DNA of 63,944 nucleotides, counting the filler, from Choristocarpus tenellus KU-1152 (lineage: Eukaryota > Protista > Phaeophyceae), in NCBI GenBank assembly GCA_964200185.2. It is 9 parts of 9 records of this genome, joined end to end, with 100 filler letters (N's around TTAATTAATTAA, not from the genome) between each part and the next. Parts side by side here need not be neighbours in the genome. Positions count along the whole stretch, not along the records: positions 43,485 to 54,430 come from CAXNAD020002609.1; positions 54,531 to 63,944 come from CAXNAD020003694.1; 7 more parts are not named here. One strand, given 5' to 3'. Shown in pieces: positions 50,101 through 62,960 of this stretch (positions within the stretch are counted from its first letter, which is position 1; the number at the start of each line of letters is the position of its first letter). The notes beneath the pieces are model-generated. The model ran no database searches, was not told the origin of the DNA, and saw only the letters and a program-made list of their open reading frames with translations. The position numbers and the translations under genes were made by a program.

Positions 50101-52059
50101 TATAACAAAGTATCTATTGCAGCATCCAAGCACCAAATCATATTTGTCTGTGTTGCGCGTTAACATGGTGTATGTATTTTGCACGGAAGCGATCAACACA
50201 GGCTACTACTTTTGACAGGCCTTTGCTGTCCTCTTAAACGCACAGGGTTGCTGAGCTTGGAGGGTCCAGTGTAATCTTGGGGCTTGCAAAGTTGCTGATG
50301 TATGCAGGCGAGCTTCCATGCTTCTACTTCTCTGATCTCCTGATAGAAAAGTGAGATGAACAGCAACTCACAGTCACGTGAAACTGGGTTGATTCGTGGT
50401 AGACATTATTTGCATGGTTAGTATGAAATGGGTGTTGTCTACAACGGTTTCAGAGTCTTTACATTCACATACATTGCATAGAAGGGATGGTACTGCAGAA
50501 GCATAAATGTCAGAAGTTGATAAATGATATGTTTTTCGTTTGTACATGCATGTAAGAGTGTTTACCTCTTTGTGCCTTTGTTCGTATAGCATCGTACACA
50601 CTACTCTGCATGTTGTAGTAGATTGGCTGAAGCTGCCAAAATCTTAGGAGCGTACAAGCAAGAAACGCCCCTTTTATTGAACAGATATACAAGATTCAAT
50701 TGGGGATAGTGCAGAAAGAGGAGGGTTGAAGGTTCTGTATGTTACCTGATTCGAGTGCAACACTCGCTTGCTATGTAACAGGACGTAAATCATAGCTCGA
50801 GTTTGTGTCGGGCTGCAATTATTTGAGAAAACCTGGCTTCCCAAACGGCTTAAATTGGAGGGTGTGTGTGGAGTATGATGTTGTGTGTATACCACTACTT
50901 GTGCTACAGGGCAATTGCTTCCTATTAGCTTAATGGGGCACATACGCCATCTCTTTTTTGCAAATGGTGCTATTTGTACAGTGTATCCTATTCACACACC
51001 TTCAATCTTATTTGCATTCATCTAAGTGTGACCTGTGTGGCTACTTTGAGTTTTGTCGAGGGAGTCTCGTTGGTTACGGTATGCCTGACAGCAATTATGA
51101 ATTTCCTCTTTGGACTGAGCAGGTACATATATCTGCCCCTCTATTTCCAGGGTTGCAACTGACTACTTGTCTACACATTGGCATGGTTATCACGTACATG
51201 GCGTTGTTGTTGTTCTACGTTCCTGTCATGAACAGGGCTGGTTTCAGGTGGACCATGGCACTGACCGAAGTGGCCTACATTGTACGCTTCACCTACTACT
51301 CCCAGTTGCGAGACCCCTGGATGGTGCTTCCCATTGAGCCACTCCATGGTCTGACCTTTGCGCTCATGTGGTCAGTCACTGTCCAATATTCAGATCATAT
51401 TACACCATGTAAGTTGTATGATTATGTATATATTCCTTTGAATCCGAATTTGTCTAGGTTAACCCTCCCCTCATAGCATATAGACTCGACCGTCGCTTCA
51501 ATTTGAATGCTCTGCCCATCCTTGATGAAGGCCTTTACTAATAGGAAGCAACAATATGCAATGGGGTAGGTAGATCTAGGCAAGGCTAGTTCAGCATGTG
51601 CGATTTCTAACATACGACTTGGAGTACTGGTGGGAACTTGTGCACCCTGCTCTGTTCTTTTTGCAATACAATTCTGGAGCGATGGGCATGTTCATTTGCT
51701 TCCAAAAGCAATATTCCCTTCTAACTTGGTCGTAACCCCCCTGCTGCAATTATGATTTGGAAGCTCATCTCAAGGCCACCATGCAGGGATTATCATTCAC
51801 CATTACATGGGGCTTAGGTTATGGATTTGGGGCGATCATCGGAGGATTTCTATATGAGGAATATGGAGCTTCACTATGTTTCACTTATTCTACTGCCCTG
51901 CCATTAGCTGCACTCCTCCTCCTCCTGATTGGAGGAAACGTGAAGCAAAACGCAAAAGAGGAAGATCGACGGAGTAATGGGAGAGGAAAGGGAGACGATA
52001 GTATCCAAGTATATATAGCACCAGAGGGGAGTATCAACAGAGGGTTTGTAGAAAATTAA
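47198..52059 (+). CDS. Major facilitator superfamily transporter (MFS_1-like / MFSD6-like, about 454 aa), 8 exons
   Basis: Exons 47198-47306, 47542-47642, 48006-48169, 48935-49138, 49584-49796, 50246-50350, 51236-51408, 51764-52059; GT-AG with consistent phases, 1365 nt. Motifs GLSERQVGFIGA, PLLCSIADHHG, YTVQRVWGTLG, ELPCFYFS, IEPLHGLTFALMW, ATMQGL...GLGYGFGAIIGG. Confidence 0.92.
48216..48398 (+). mobile_element. MITE family B, complete copy (183 bp) in MFS intron 3
   Basis: gacccaaagtatctg...cagacactttgagcc; flanks TTTT/TTTC. Confidence 0.85.
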
Positions 52060-53671
52060 CTTCTGTTGTATTCTATATAACGAGATATGGTGTGTTTTTG
52101 GGGAGTATGTAAGTGCAATTGTGAGTGCTGCCGTCTTAGATACACATGTGGAGGTGTGGCTATGTCGGGGATGAAAGGGTGGAACCACAGAGCAGTGAGC
52201 GAGCAGTTTTATACGTTGAAAGTCCATCTACCTGGGTCTGTTTTGTTATTCATCATATAATTTTTCTTTAGCATTAACTATTTGTCAGGTGTGATAGCCA
52301 TTTGCAAAAGAGAGCTACTCAAGCAGAGTATTTTGCTTTTTGTGGTATGGAATGTATTTATTAGCAGAGTGAGCACAGCCCTCGGTGGTGAGGGGGGTGC
52401 TCTCTCTTATTATCTTCTTATTGCATATGTCAGCTGACACATTACAATGTGTCCTACCGTTACATCGTACAAAGTCAGTAATCCTTATCAGTCCATTTAT
52501 GTCAAGTAATGACAAATAAATCATCTGAGATTCGAACTTATTACTCTAAGCACAAGAAACCAAGGTAATGACATTTGTTCCACTTATTCAACATTCCTGT
52601 TGTCTTGTAGTGATCACTAAATACCAATAAACTATTCAGACTACCAGCCTTTATTACACAAGCCATCCTTCTAATGAAACCTACCTTGGCAGAATATGTA
52701 CTTCAAGGTCTATTGCCCGTATAACATCTACTTTTGCATGTTGAAGTTAACATTTGCGTGAAGAAAATAGCGGGTGATTCGAGCGGATCTTGCAAACCCC
52801 CCTCATTCACTTTTTCCTTTGTGAACTTCTGAGAAACTGCTATCCCTCATGACCTTCCTCCTATGGGTTTTTCCGCTTCATTTTATCCTGAATAACCTGT
52901 CGGTCTATTCCCGTCTATTTCATAGGTGCCGATGACGGCAATCATTCCGAAGTTGGAGGGTACTTAAACAATACTTTGGGGGAAACCCTGAGTACATTAC
53001 CTGTACTTTGAGTAGCACCACACTTCACCTTTATACCTATGCCACATCACTCTCACTGCCATATAGTTCGATGAAGGAGATGACACAACACGCTCCACAC
53101 AGCAGATATTCTTTTTCAGATTATGATGGCGGAAGAATTTGAAGATAACAAACCAGACGAACATCTGCTACCAACGTTCCATGACTAAGGTCTTCTGTTT
53201 TTTGATAAGACTACTCTAGAAGATGGAAGGAAGCTTGTACTTCACAAACCATTCAGAATCTTTATGGACAGATTTCGGATGGTTGATCAGCGTGTTGTCC
53301 AACAGTTCATATCTGCGGATGAACACCCCTTTCCCGTCCACTTTTTGCTTGTTCACACTTGCCTGAGTGATCTGCTGAGGGATTGCCCTCTCTCCTGCCC
53401 TGTCTCTTTCCATTCCCCTTCAGTTTGAGGAACCTTTCGACGTGTTTCCATCTGTTTCATATAGGCACGTTTCTTGGTATTTCTTCTTGCCCTTCTCAAG
53501 CTGCGTGTTGATGAAAGAGTATATGTTGGAGCTGCGAGCTGACGGAGTATATGATAAGGTTATGCACACTTACCACAGTCTAAGTAAAGTGTCGCTTTTG
53601 TCATTGCCTCTTCCCTTGGGTTGACAATTCTTCCATTCCTGACCCCTTTGCTCGATGTGTGAAGACAGTGC

Positions 53672-53893
53672 TGTCCATTTGGGGCTTGGCTTCCCATGGG
53701 GTTTTTTATGACATTTTCCTACTCCGAAATGTATTGGAGTAGGTAAAATGTGTACGTCATGAAAATATGTGTGTCCGAAACATAGATATTGACATTTCCT
53801 AACAAACACGATAGCAAAAATTACATCAAAGTCGCAACGTTGTATTTTGGCCCCCAAACGGACGTGGATCAACCCTCTAAGATACTTTGACTC
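53672..53893 (+). mobile_element. MITE family A copy lacking its left TIR
   Basis: tgtccatttggggcttggcttccc...ccctctaagatactttgactc. Confidence 0.85.
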
Positions 53894-54352
53894 GCTAGTT
53901 ATGTACTAGATGAGCAAGGTGGTGAATGTTTATAGTTCCCTTCCCTTCAATTTACCTAGAGTATAACCATTTGGACACTCATTATTTCGACGATGTTTGC
54001 CCAGAAGGTGATTTGCTTGCTTTTATGTAGTCTGGCAGGGCTCTGGCTTACAATGCTTTCGTTAGTTCATAATTCTTAATCCCCATTGCGTACTTCAAAG
54101 GTCAAAGTTACGCATGTCAATATTAATGGTAGACCACTCGAGTGATACGACATTGTATACAACAAGAAGTATTGAGATTATAGCGCGTTGACTTGATATG
54201 CAGTACATTGAACACCTTTGAGGTGGAAAGCTATTTGTAGATGAGGTAGTAAAGAATTCTTAGAAGAATGGGGGGTGGAGGACTTCAGGGGAAAGGGAGC
54301 TGCAAGATCCTGGTTGAGCAAAATATCTCAGTCAGTGTTCAATTGATCGTAT

Positions 54353-54430
54353 GACTCAAACGTATCTGGGGGGGGGGGGGGGCGTTTGTGAGGGGGCGTC
54401 CATTTCGGTCAAACAACTCTTTTTTTGGCT
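54353..54430 (+). mobile_element. MITE family B terminus, truncated at contig end
   Basis: gactcaaacgtatct + polyG + gtgagggggcgtccatttcggtcaaaca, nearly the same as 11967-12022. Confidence 0.78.
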
Positions 54431-54530
54431 NNNNNNNNNNNNNNNNNNNNNNNNNNNNNNNNNNNNNNNNNNNNTTAATTAATTAANNNNNNNNNNNNNN
54501 NNNNNNNNNNNNNNNNNNNNNNNNNNNNNN
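54431..54530. other. Artificial contig linker
   Basis: N44-TTAATTAATTAA-N44. Confidence 0.98.
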
Positions 54531-54557
54531 GAAGGGTGGGGAGGGGGGGGGAGGGGG

Positions 54558-54602
<45 letters not shown>

Positions 54603-54625
54603 CGGAGGGGAAGGGGTTCACTGAC

Positions 54626-54780
54626 CTCATGTTCCCAGTAGATTGTGGGATCGCCAGCTTTTCTCAATCCCTCCGCTATATCCCCAAGTGGACTGAATGA
54701 CTCCACCTGCCAGTAGTATGTTCGATGTTGTACGAAGTCCAGGTTGATCAGTCCTGCCCACGAACACCTGTGCACATCAC

Positions 54781-54816
<36 letters not shown>

Positions 54817-56238
54817 AATAGAAACCCACACCACAGGGGGGAAAAAAAAAAGTCAAGTGTTTTGAACAGAAATTCTAACGAACGGGGGAGAAGCGTGATT
54901 GATGGGCGATTTTATTTTTTAGCAGACGCTTGACAACTGTTATCGTGTTTTCTGTTTTACGTTAAAAAAAAAATCAGGTACAGGTTTCTTCTTCATCCTG
55001 CCTGGTTCAGGGGCGAGCTCCTCTCGTCACAGCAGCCCACCGCTAATCTCTCCACAGAAATATTTTCTGCGAATTTTCTTGAGGGTTCGTCGTCTAACGG
55101 GGGGGAATGGTGTAAGGCCAAAATGCTTTTGGTTTACTCCCAGTTTTTTTTTTATAGCCACCTTGCCGTCAAGTCTTCCACCCATGTTCTTGGAAGTGCT
55201 GAACAGTGATTTGATACCCTACACAACATCATTTCAACTCCAAGTTTTAGTCATTCTCCTCCCCCCTTCCCCCTTCCCCCCCTTCTGCACTGCAAACCTT
55301 CCTAAAACAATTCCTATGGGTACTATTGATAGGGGCAACTGATAGTATTCAAGTACAACCTGGAGTACTACAACAGTAATAACATCCTCCAATCCCCTTG
55401 CAAGCAGATTCCCAACATACCTCAAAATCAAGAAGAAAAAACATTTAGGTTCTGCTATTTGTAGAAACCCCCAGATACAAAAAAACTCAAATGCTCCGCA
55501 TAGGTCATACAACATACTTGTACTGAACAAATCAGGTCCTTCATAAATCGAAACTGCCCCAGAAGCTGCTCCCCCATATTGCGAACAACATTTCTCACTG
55601 TCTTCCTCCTCACCTCCCAAAGATACTAGTGCACATGAAACTGCCTGAATTGACCATTCCTAATCCCTCTCCATTTCCAATTACTTCATGCTACACAACC
55701 ACTTGCCACTCACCAATCTTGCTTCAGGTTACAAGTAACAGGTACAGACTTTTGCAGGCCTGCTGCTAAACTGTCACACACTAATCCCGTTGCAGAATCC
55801 CCAGAGGGGCAGGAGAAGCAACCTCTTGGGCAAGAATTAGACAATGCCTGACGGGGGAGAGAGGTATGAATACTGTAAGGGTTACCACAACTTGATGGCA
55901 TGTTTCCCTAACCGATTACAGGATAGGCCTATTAATACTACTGAGTATGCATTGCTCATATTGTTCCTTCACCATGCATGTTTGATGTGTTAGTAAATTT
56001 GTATCCTGCTCATTCATAGGAAGCATTCTTTCGAATCAGTTGTACTGTAGTGAATGAAGCAAGGAATAGGAAATGCAAAGATGCGAGTAATCAGGATGTG
56101 TGTGTTGAAAGGTGTAGTGAGGGGTGCATGTACAGCACAAGGGAGTGATGGGGCATGGGGNNNNNNNNNNAAAGGAAAGGAGGTGAGGAGTGGGGGGGTG
56201 GGTGGAAGGGGGGGGGGGGGGGGGGGGAGCAGGGGAGT

Positions 56239-56278
<40 letters not shown>

Positions 56279-57498
56279 ATTGGGAATTTGCAAGCTGCTG
56301 CTTAGATAGGGGAGGAAGGGCGAGTAGGACATCTTGCCTGCTGAAGGGCTATATATATATATATATGGTGTAGAGTATGCTAACAGCTAAAGAGCAACAC
56401 AGGTTATCACACCACTTGTAATGCCATGGCATGTTGCAACTACAGAAATGGTCATGCTGTGAAAATATTCAATACGACAAGAGCGATGTAATGTAAGGGT
56501 ACAGGTTGCTCATTCGGCCTTCGATAGGGGATTCTTGGGTGCACTTACCAAGTCTTGGGGCGAGCCATACATGGTGATGTTGTAACTGTTGTCGAAGGTG
56601 ATTTTCCCATCCATGGGCAGGCTTGAAATGAAGATTAATGGGGGAAAGAGTGGAGTATCAGATAGGTGCATGAGGTCACAAGAATGGAATGTGATTCGCA
56701 CACGGACTTGTCTTTCAGTACGAAGGTGGACAGCAGGGCCTGCAGATACCCATGACGACGAAAGAGGTAGGCATGCAGTACAGGCGTGCACGAGTAGTCA
56801 GGGAGGGCCCTGTCCTTTCGTGCAGAAGGTTGAAACATGTCACTGTTGGTCAAGCCTCAAACTTCTACATCATATATCATTCCTGGAAAATAAACATATG
56901 GTTGTGGAAAGGAAAAAATGAGACAAATAACAAGGGCAGACAAAACGAAGTGCCACTCTGAACGAAGCATACGAGCATTAACACGCCAATCTATCTCGCG
57001 TACATGTCTCCTTCGTCTGCATACCGAACCACATCTGGGAGACGAATCCTCGTCTGTAGGTAAAGCAGCTGGTATGTACGCTGTTCAAAAGGTGACATGG
57101 CGGTAAAGTTGGAGGAGATTTCAGTGACGATGACCAAGCAGAAGGTGTGAATAAATCGCATGGAAGAAGTCATGCAAATGTTGACTAGAAGAAGGTAATC
57201 AATGTTGCTGATGAAAAGTAGCGCTCCAAAGCAATAGGGATCACCGCATGGTCAAGTAATCGCCCACCTCAAACCCTGCTATGTGGTCCAACCATACAGG
57301 CGATGCGCTTGTGGTCTCCAATTCGGGTTGGTCAAGACGTTCGGACACGAAATTAACTGGCGCAGAGTTCCCCACCCAGAAGAGGATGAAGATTCCAAGG
57401 GCGAAGGTCAGTGACAAGATAGTCAGCCCAACCCTGGACGAAAACCATCCCCTGTGGATTCGGTTGTTGCCTGCGTCGACATTGTCCCTACGTGTCAT
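54626..57498 (-). CDS. Partial gene for a type II membrane protein of unknown function (3' end lost at the contig break)
   Basis: Exons 57268-57498 (MTRR...VGLTILSLTFALGIFILFWVG...), 57004-57080, 56750-56809 and 56549-56621 splice in phase. A further exon at 54626-54767 (CSWAGLINLDFVQHRTYYWQVESF...) needs at least one unresolved intervening exon. Confidence 0.62.
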
Positions 57499-59685
57499 TA
57501 CTTTCCCGTTGATGCAGGAGATGTATTGGAACCTTGTATTCGCCACGAGTGGGAGCAAACGCCGCGTAGAAAGGCGATCAAGAGAGAATGTTGGGAGAGG
57601 AGACGCAACAGGGGAGCAGCGCTTACAATTGTTGTCCAGTGAAACCACAGACGACCATACCTGGAAATGCAAACAACACAGATCCTACATGGTTTTGAGT
57701 TGAAAAGATAGGTACAAATAAACCCTAGAAAAAAACTTTATATGTAGTAGTTTGAATTCATGAAGACATGGTGATGTTATCATGACTAATCCCTTTCAAA
57801 ATAAGAACCTATTCCAACACCACACAAAAGCAGTACAATAGAATAGACAGATTAATGTTTGTATCAGTATTCCGAGAGGAATCGGGACGTTTACAAACTG
57901 TTAACTGAACTTATTGAAGTCAATAATGAAAGGTAGAACTTAGAACGCAAGTTTTCGACTTTATACACAAATTTACGTTTACTTTTGGTCGTAAGGTTGT
58001 TGATTCTATACTCCCTCTCTGTGCAATTTGAATTGATCAACACAACTCGATCCCTAACCACCACACCAACCCCACAACAGGACACTCTGCCCTATTCAAC
58101 TTCCATACGCTCTTCTTGCCGTTCATCTAGTACACCATGGCTAAGGTGGTTGGTTGTGTGTCGTAAGTTCATCAACAGCACCTCACTGACACGAACAAAC
58201 ATGACTGTCAACATATTTGGGAGAGTGGAACTGTGAAAGCTTTCCGAAGCGGCTATGCTATCTCTCATAGTTCACTGTGTTCACCTGGCTGCAAATGGCA
58301 CACCGGTTGTCACTCCCACCATGCTTGTGGACTTGACCCTTGCCATTGTGCACGAGTGGGAGCATCTGTAGAATGAGAACGCAGCCCGCCCAAGGCAGCG
58401 CATTAAGCACAACAGTTTCTCCTGAAGGTATAGTCACCCACACTGTTTCGAGTGTCATGGAAGATGATGTTGCCCCCTGTGACATGATCGACATTAATGA
58501 AACAGAAGCACAAGCAGGTGTGCAAGGGTCTCCCATCAATATAGTAGCAGTAGGACTGCCTCCCCCTATCCAGATATCTCCTCTTCGGCGTATCCCACAA
58601 TCAAGAAGAAGCAATGATTTTTTTTATTATTACAGCTCGTCCGAGGCAAAGGAATTAATTGTGGTTGAGCTAAGCGTTAGCTTTGAGTTAATTGCATGAG
58701 CGCAGTGTTCGGGGACCTGGAGGGAAGGTTATTGTGTACTAATGTGCGTGACCGGTTGTCTTTTCACCGCTGAGATTTAGTACACTGAACAGACTAGTGC
58801 CCGCTATCCTTCCCTTGACCACTGCCCGTGCTCTGGATTTGTTTAGTCCCTTTAATAATCAAATGTTTCGCCTATCTATCTGGTGTTGTCATTCCCCTGT
58901 GGGGGAAGATCCAAGTTTGAGAAATCGCTGTAGCACACTAAGCTTGGTTTCACAATCACAGAGAAGGAAGGTGCGAGTGTGAATGTAGTACGATAAAGGT
59001 CAGCAATAAGATGAAAGGAATGCGGAAAATAACAAGGACTCTTCCTGGCGTTTTGGAATGGATGGTAAATCTCATGAGAAATGGAGATGAGGGTTATGGC
59101 TTACGGCAAATCTATATTTATAGTGCAGTAGACACCTTCATGCGAAGGTCTACATTTGAAGCGCCCTTCCTTTGTTAGGTATATCTTGGATCCTGTTACC
59201 TTCCATAGCATCAGCATTCCTTCCTCATGTTATCAGTATCAGGATGTTGAGTGGGGCTTCCAAGCCTCATTCGTTCACTTCCCTTGTAACTCCCTGACCG
59301 AGTTACCTTCTTAGGTTCTGTCCCCCTTCTTCCTTGCCTATCTCCTTTCCTTTCCTACTGTTGGTGTTCTGGTTTACCTTCGAACTTCTGGCTTTTCGAC
59401 CTGTTTTATAGTAGTAGTAGTGGAAGTGGTGAATATGACAAGCACAAAATCTGAAAAACGGATGCTATGATGTGAACATTTATGATTTTCCTTCACATAA
59501 CTCTTTGTAGACCTTCCGATTTCTACCGAAATATCGATACGACAATAAAATATTCTCACCTAAATCTCTCTAATACGTAGTTGAAGCGAATTAAAGTTGT
59601 GGTCGTTTTTCAATTTTAACTTTCGTCTTTTGTTGATTGGAGGTCAACAACACCAGATAACCAGAAATAGTTACACTCACTCTCG

Positions 59686-61345
59686 ATGATGGCTGGCGGT
59701 AGCACTTGGTTCCTTTTGATCTCTTGCTGTATTGTAGGGCGGTCGGCGGAGGGATTTGCATCTACACCACTACGGGGGTCAAGCGGTCGACATGTTGCAA
59801 GCATTCAATATGCTTCACATAAAAGCTATACCACAAATAAAGGGTTTGGTCCCAGAAAGAGGAGAAGAAGAACAGGTGACGAAGTGCTGTAAACTGTCAG
59901 CATAGCATAATGTCGGCTGAGGATGATAGAAAGATAACAATGTACCCGCTGCTGTCCATTCCAGGGACGAACGAGGTCAAGGGTGCAGGACGTGCTGCCG
60001 TTCCCCCAGTCATCATCCTGAAGCGCTCCAATAAATGGGCGTGCATAAAGGGGTGTGGGGCATGTTGCTATTTGGCGCCTGAAGAAAGACCGGACTTGGA
60101 AGGTGCCAACGATTCCGTCGAGGAAGGTCGACTTCCTTTGTTGTAAGGACTGTTTGCCTGTGAAATGCGACTCGTTCAATATGACTTCTAACGCCATCGC
60201 ATGCTCAACTTCACGTACTCCAACGAAACACTTGCCTCACTACGTCCTAGACTACCTGAGAGACGAAGAAGAGCTAGCTCTGTATCATTCCATGGCCCAG
60301 GAGGATGGCTGGTGCAAACATTTTGATAGGAACAGCAGGTCAGTCGATGTGCAGCCATCTCAAACTCAAAATTTCCGTATATATGCTGTACACCCTAGTG
60401 TGCCTCTGTGGTATGCCACGTTCCTAGATATATCTAGATTCACCTAATCCCTTCTTTCTCAACCATCTATAAGATGTAGAAATTGCCACGACGAATCCCT
60501 ATCCTTGCAGCAAGAGGAAACACCTCTTCATTGTGTGGATCCTTTCCTATTCAATAATCGACATATCACCATCGTGCGTTGGTCACATTATTCCACAAGA
60601 CATCCATACAGTCCCCTGCGAATCTCGTCTCGTACCTCACTCCAAGCAGCAGTTTTCTGCAGCGTGTTCGCCCTCAACCCTGTGGCACGATACAGTAGGC
60701 CCAGGTTTAGTTCACAACATGTTGAAGAAGGCCTCCGATCATAACACCACTTTCCACTCGGTTCCAGGTCCTGCACAATCTATGAAGATCGCCCCCGGTT
60801 CTGCAGGGTCGAGGCAGAAACGTTTGGAGACATGTACGGCGTCGATCCTTTGGAGATGGACAGCTTCTGCTCCTCTTGCTGCAGGGAGAACATTGGGGAT
60901 GTGCATGGCATCTCAAGGTGAGACCCACATCTCACTGCACCCCCACTTGTGTACAGTACTTCATCTGGAATGGCCTTCATCTTTGAGAGTACTGATAACA
61001 GATCTTGCATTAGGACAGGACAATAGTATAACCGAATGAGGGTACAATACAGTCGGGTCTATGGCTCAATTGTCATGCGAACATTGCTCAGTGGAATCTT
61101 CCACCTGAGTGTTGAAAGTATGACTAACCCTGTCCATGCCCAACACTGGTCCCAGTCCTGAGATGAAGGCATTCAACTCAGTAATTGCTTCCCTGGAACG
61201 AGGAGAAAGGCCTATTCCAGAATATCTACCCTTTGGACAACAACCTGGCACAGTTATATCATCGGGGGATACAGCTGCAGTTGGTGATGGGCGGAAGCAA
61301 ATCCGAGGTCGGGATATTCCTAGTGATGTAGAAGGTGGGATATGA
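59686..61345 (+). CDS. Plastid-targeted YkgJ-family (CxxCxxCC) cysteine-cluster protein (about 251 aa), 5 exons
   Basis: Exons 59686-59875, 59965-60102, 60251-60338, 60768-60917, 61156-61345; 756 nt in frame. Motifs WACIKGCGACC, DGWCKHFD..SRSCTIYEDRPRFCRV, FCSSCCRENI. N-terminal signal peptide ends AEG-FAS (ASAFAP-like) and is followed by a basic Ser-rich transit peptide. Confidence 0.92.
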
Positions 61346-62780
61346 ATCCAAAACAAGGGACTTCCTTGTTGCAAACCTTGAGGTAGAGTTACCAGTATAG
61401 ACATGGTTTGTGGTGATGGCAGAGGATGCCAATGGTAGAGGGTGAAGTTGGCAGAGTCAGAGGAGGGGGCGGATTCTGAGTGATGAGCTTGGATTGTCGA
61501 AGTGGAGTGCCTTGGGGTCTGATAAATTTTGCAATAATAATGCCCTATTAGTATTAACCACGGGTGCACAACAGAAGCATTACGTAAACATTCATTTCTG
61601 TTAGTTTAAATGGTGACATCTGTCGTTTGTAGCAGCTCACTTGGGTACTGAGATATCACTTCTATTTTTTGTTCTATTAGTCGACTCTGCACCTCTTTTG
61701 TGCGGTTCCGTATTTAATCTATTTTGTGTCCCGGCCTATGGCATGAGACTATCAATAGGCGTACTTTTTTAGTAGGTTAATTGAACAAGAATACTCCAAG
61801 AAAAGAGCACACTTGTACAAATACCCTGAAATATTTTGGTGGAAAGACTTTGATCCATCTTGGCAGCAACAACATGGCTCACACCATTTTGGTGTCCACT
61901 ATGCAATAGTATATACACTTATTAGTACCATGCACGAAATTCATCACACAGAGACCTGGGAAGTACAAAAAGTACTCTAATTTATCATAAAGATACCACA
62001 GGTGTACGATCCTTTGTCTACCAGCAGAAGTAATAGTTTGGGTGAAGGTAGTAAAGGAATCCAGTCTATACATGCAAGAACTCTAGTCAAAGGACTCTAT
62101 TCCAATAGGTGTACAGCAATACACCGTGTATGTAGCTGTATTGTACCAGACCCATGTACTGTACCCCATGAGGTGAATGTTGCTCTGTGCACATTACCAA
62201 GTCCCAACCAATGAACACAAATCCTTCATATTTCAGGTTGACTGGTTGATGCACCTCTCCCGGATGACCTCAGGCCCTCAAATCCTGTCCTTCATATAGA
62301 TGACAACCTCGACAATAGATAATGCTCCAGTGTCTCTAAAGGGCCCATTATCTGATGAGGACATCGAACAGGAGCGTGGGAGGTTCCTAAAGAGACCACA
62401 AGGAGGTCGGAACAAAGCTCTGGGGGAAATTTGACTTGACTGGGGGGAGCATAATGTACTATCAGTTGAGCAGTCTGTACCTTTCTGACATTGACTGAGC
62501 AGGAAGATGGGAGAGATTGCAAACAGACGTTTCAGACAGTGTGGTACCTGAGCAAAGTGCACGTGGACAAAACATGCACCCTGGGCAGTAGAGCAAGTTG
62601 TTTCAAAAACCAGCAGTCTGCCAGCAGGAAGCAACTGGCTTGTCTTCAGACTGTGTGTTGTCGCAGCTACAGCTACAAGAACATAAGTACCACAACAATG
62701 GCGTTGACCCCTTTTCCCCAACATTTTACAGTGGCGAGAGAGTTGATGTGTTGACAAATACATCATAAAGATACCGCAGA

Positions 62781-62960
62781 GGGTCAAAGTATCTGGGGGG
62801 GGGGGAGGGAGGTCTACACCAGATGTCCATTTGGGACCTGACCAGGGGAAGTGAACTTACACTATCCATCTGACACATGCAACCAAATCACACAAAAATC
62901 GTGATGTGGAAAAAATTGACCCCAAATCGACAGCTGTCACCCTCCCTAGATACTTTGGGA
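62781..62960 (+). mobile_element. MITE family B, complete copy (180 bp)
   Basis: gggtcaaagtatct...agatactttggga; 4-bp TSD CAGA on both sides; internal sequence homologous to 19241-19419. Confidence 0.88.

Noticed and set aside
3146-54530. Recurring TTAATTAATTAA palindrome within N runs
   Set aside because: It is an identical synthetic linker with six-frame stops and is not biological. ORFs running into it are artefacts.
62280-62620. Possible piggyBac-like Cys-rich C-terminal remnant (QTVWY...SRASCF)
   Set aside because: Most cysteines are missing and there is no TTAA-flanked TIR, so support is insufficient.
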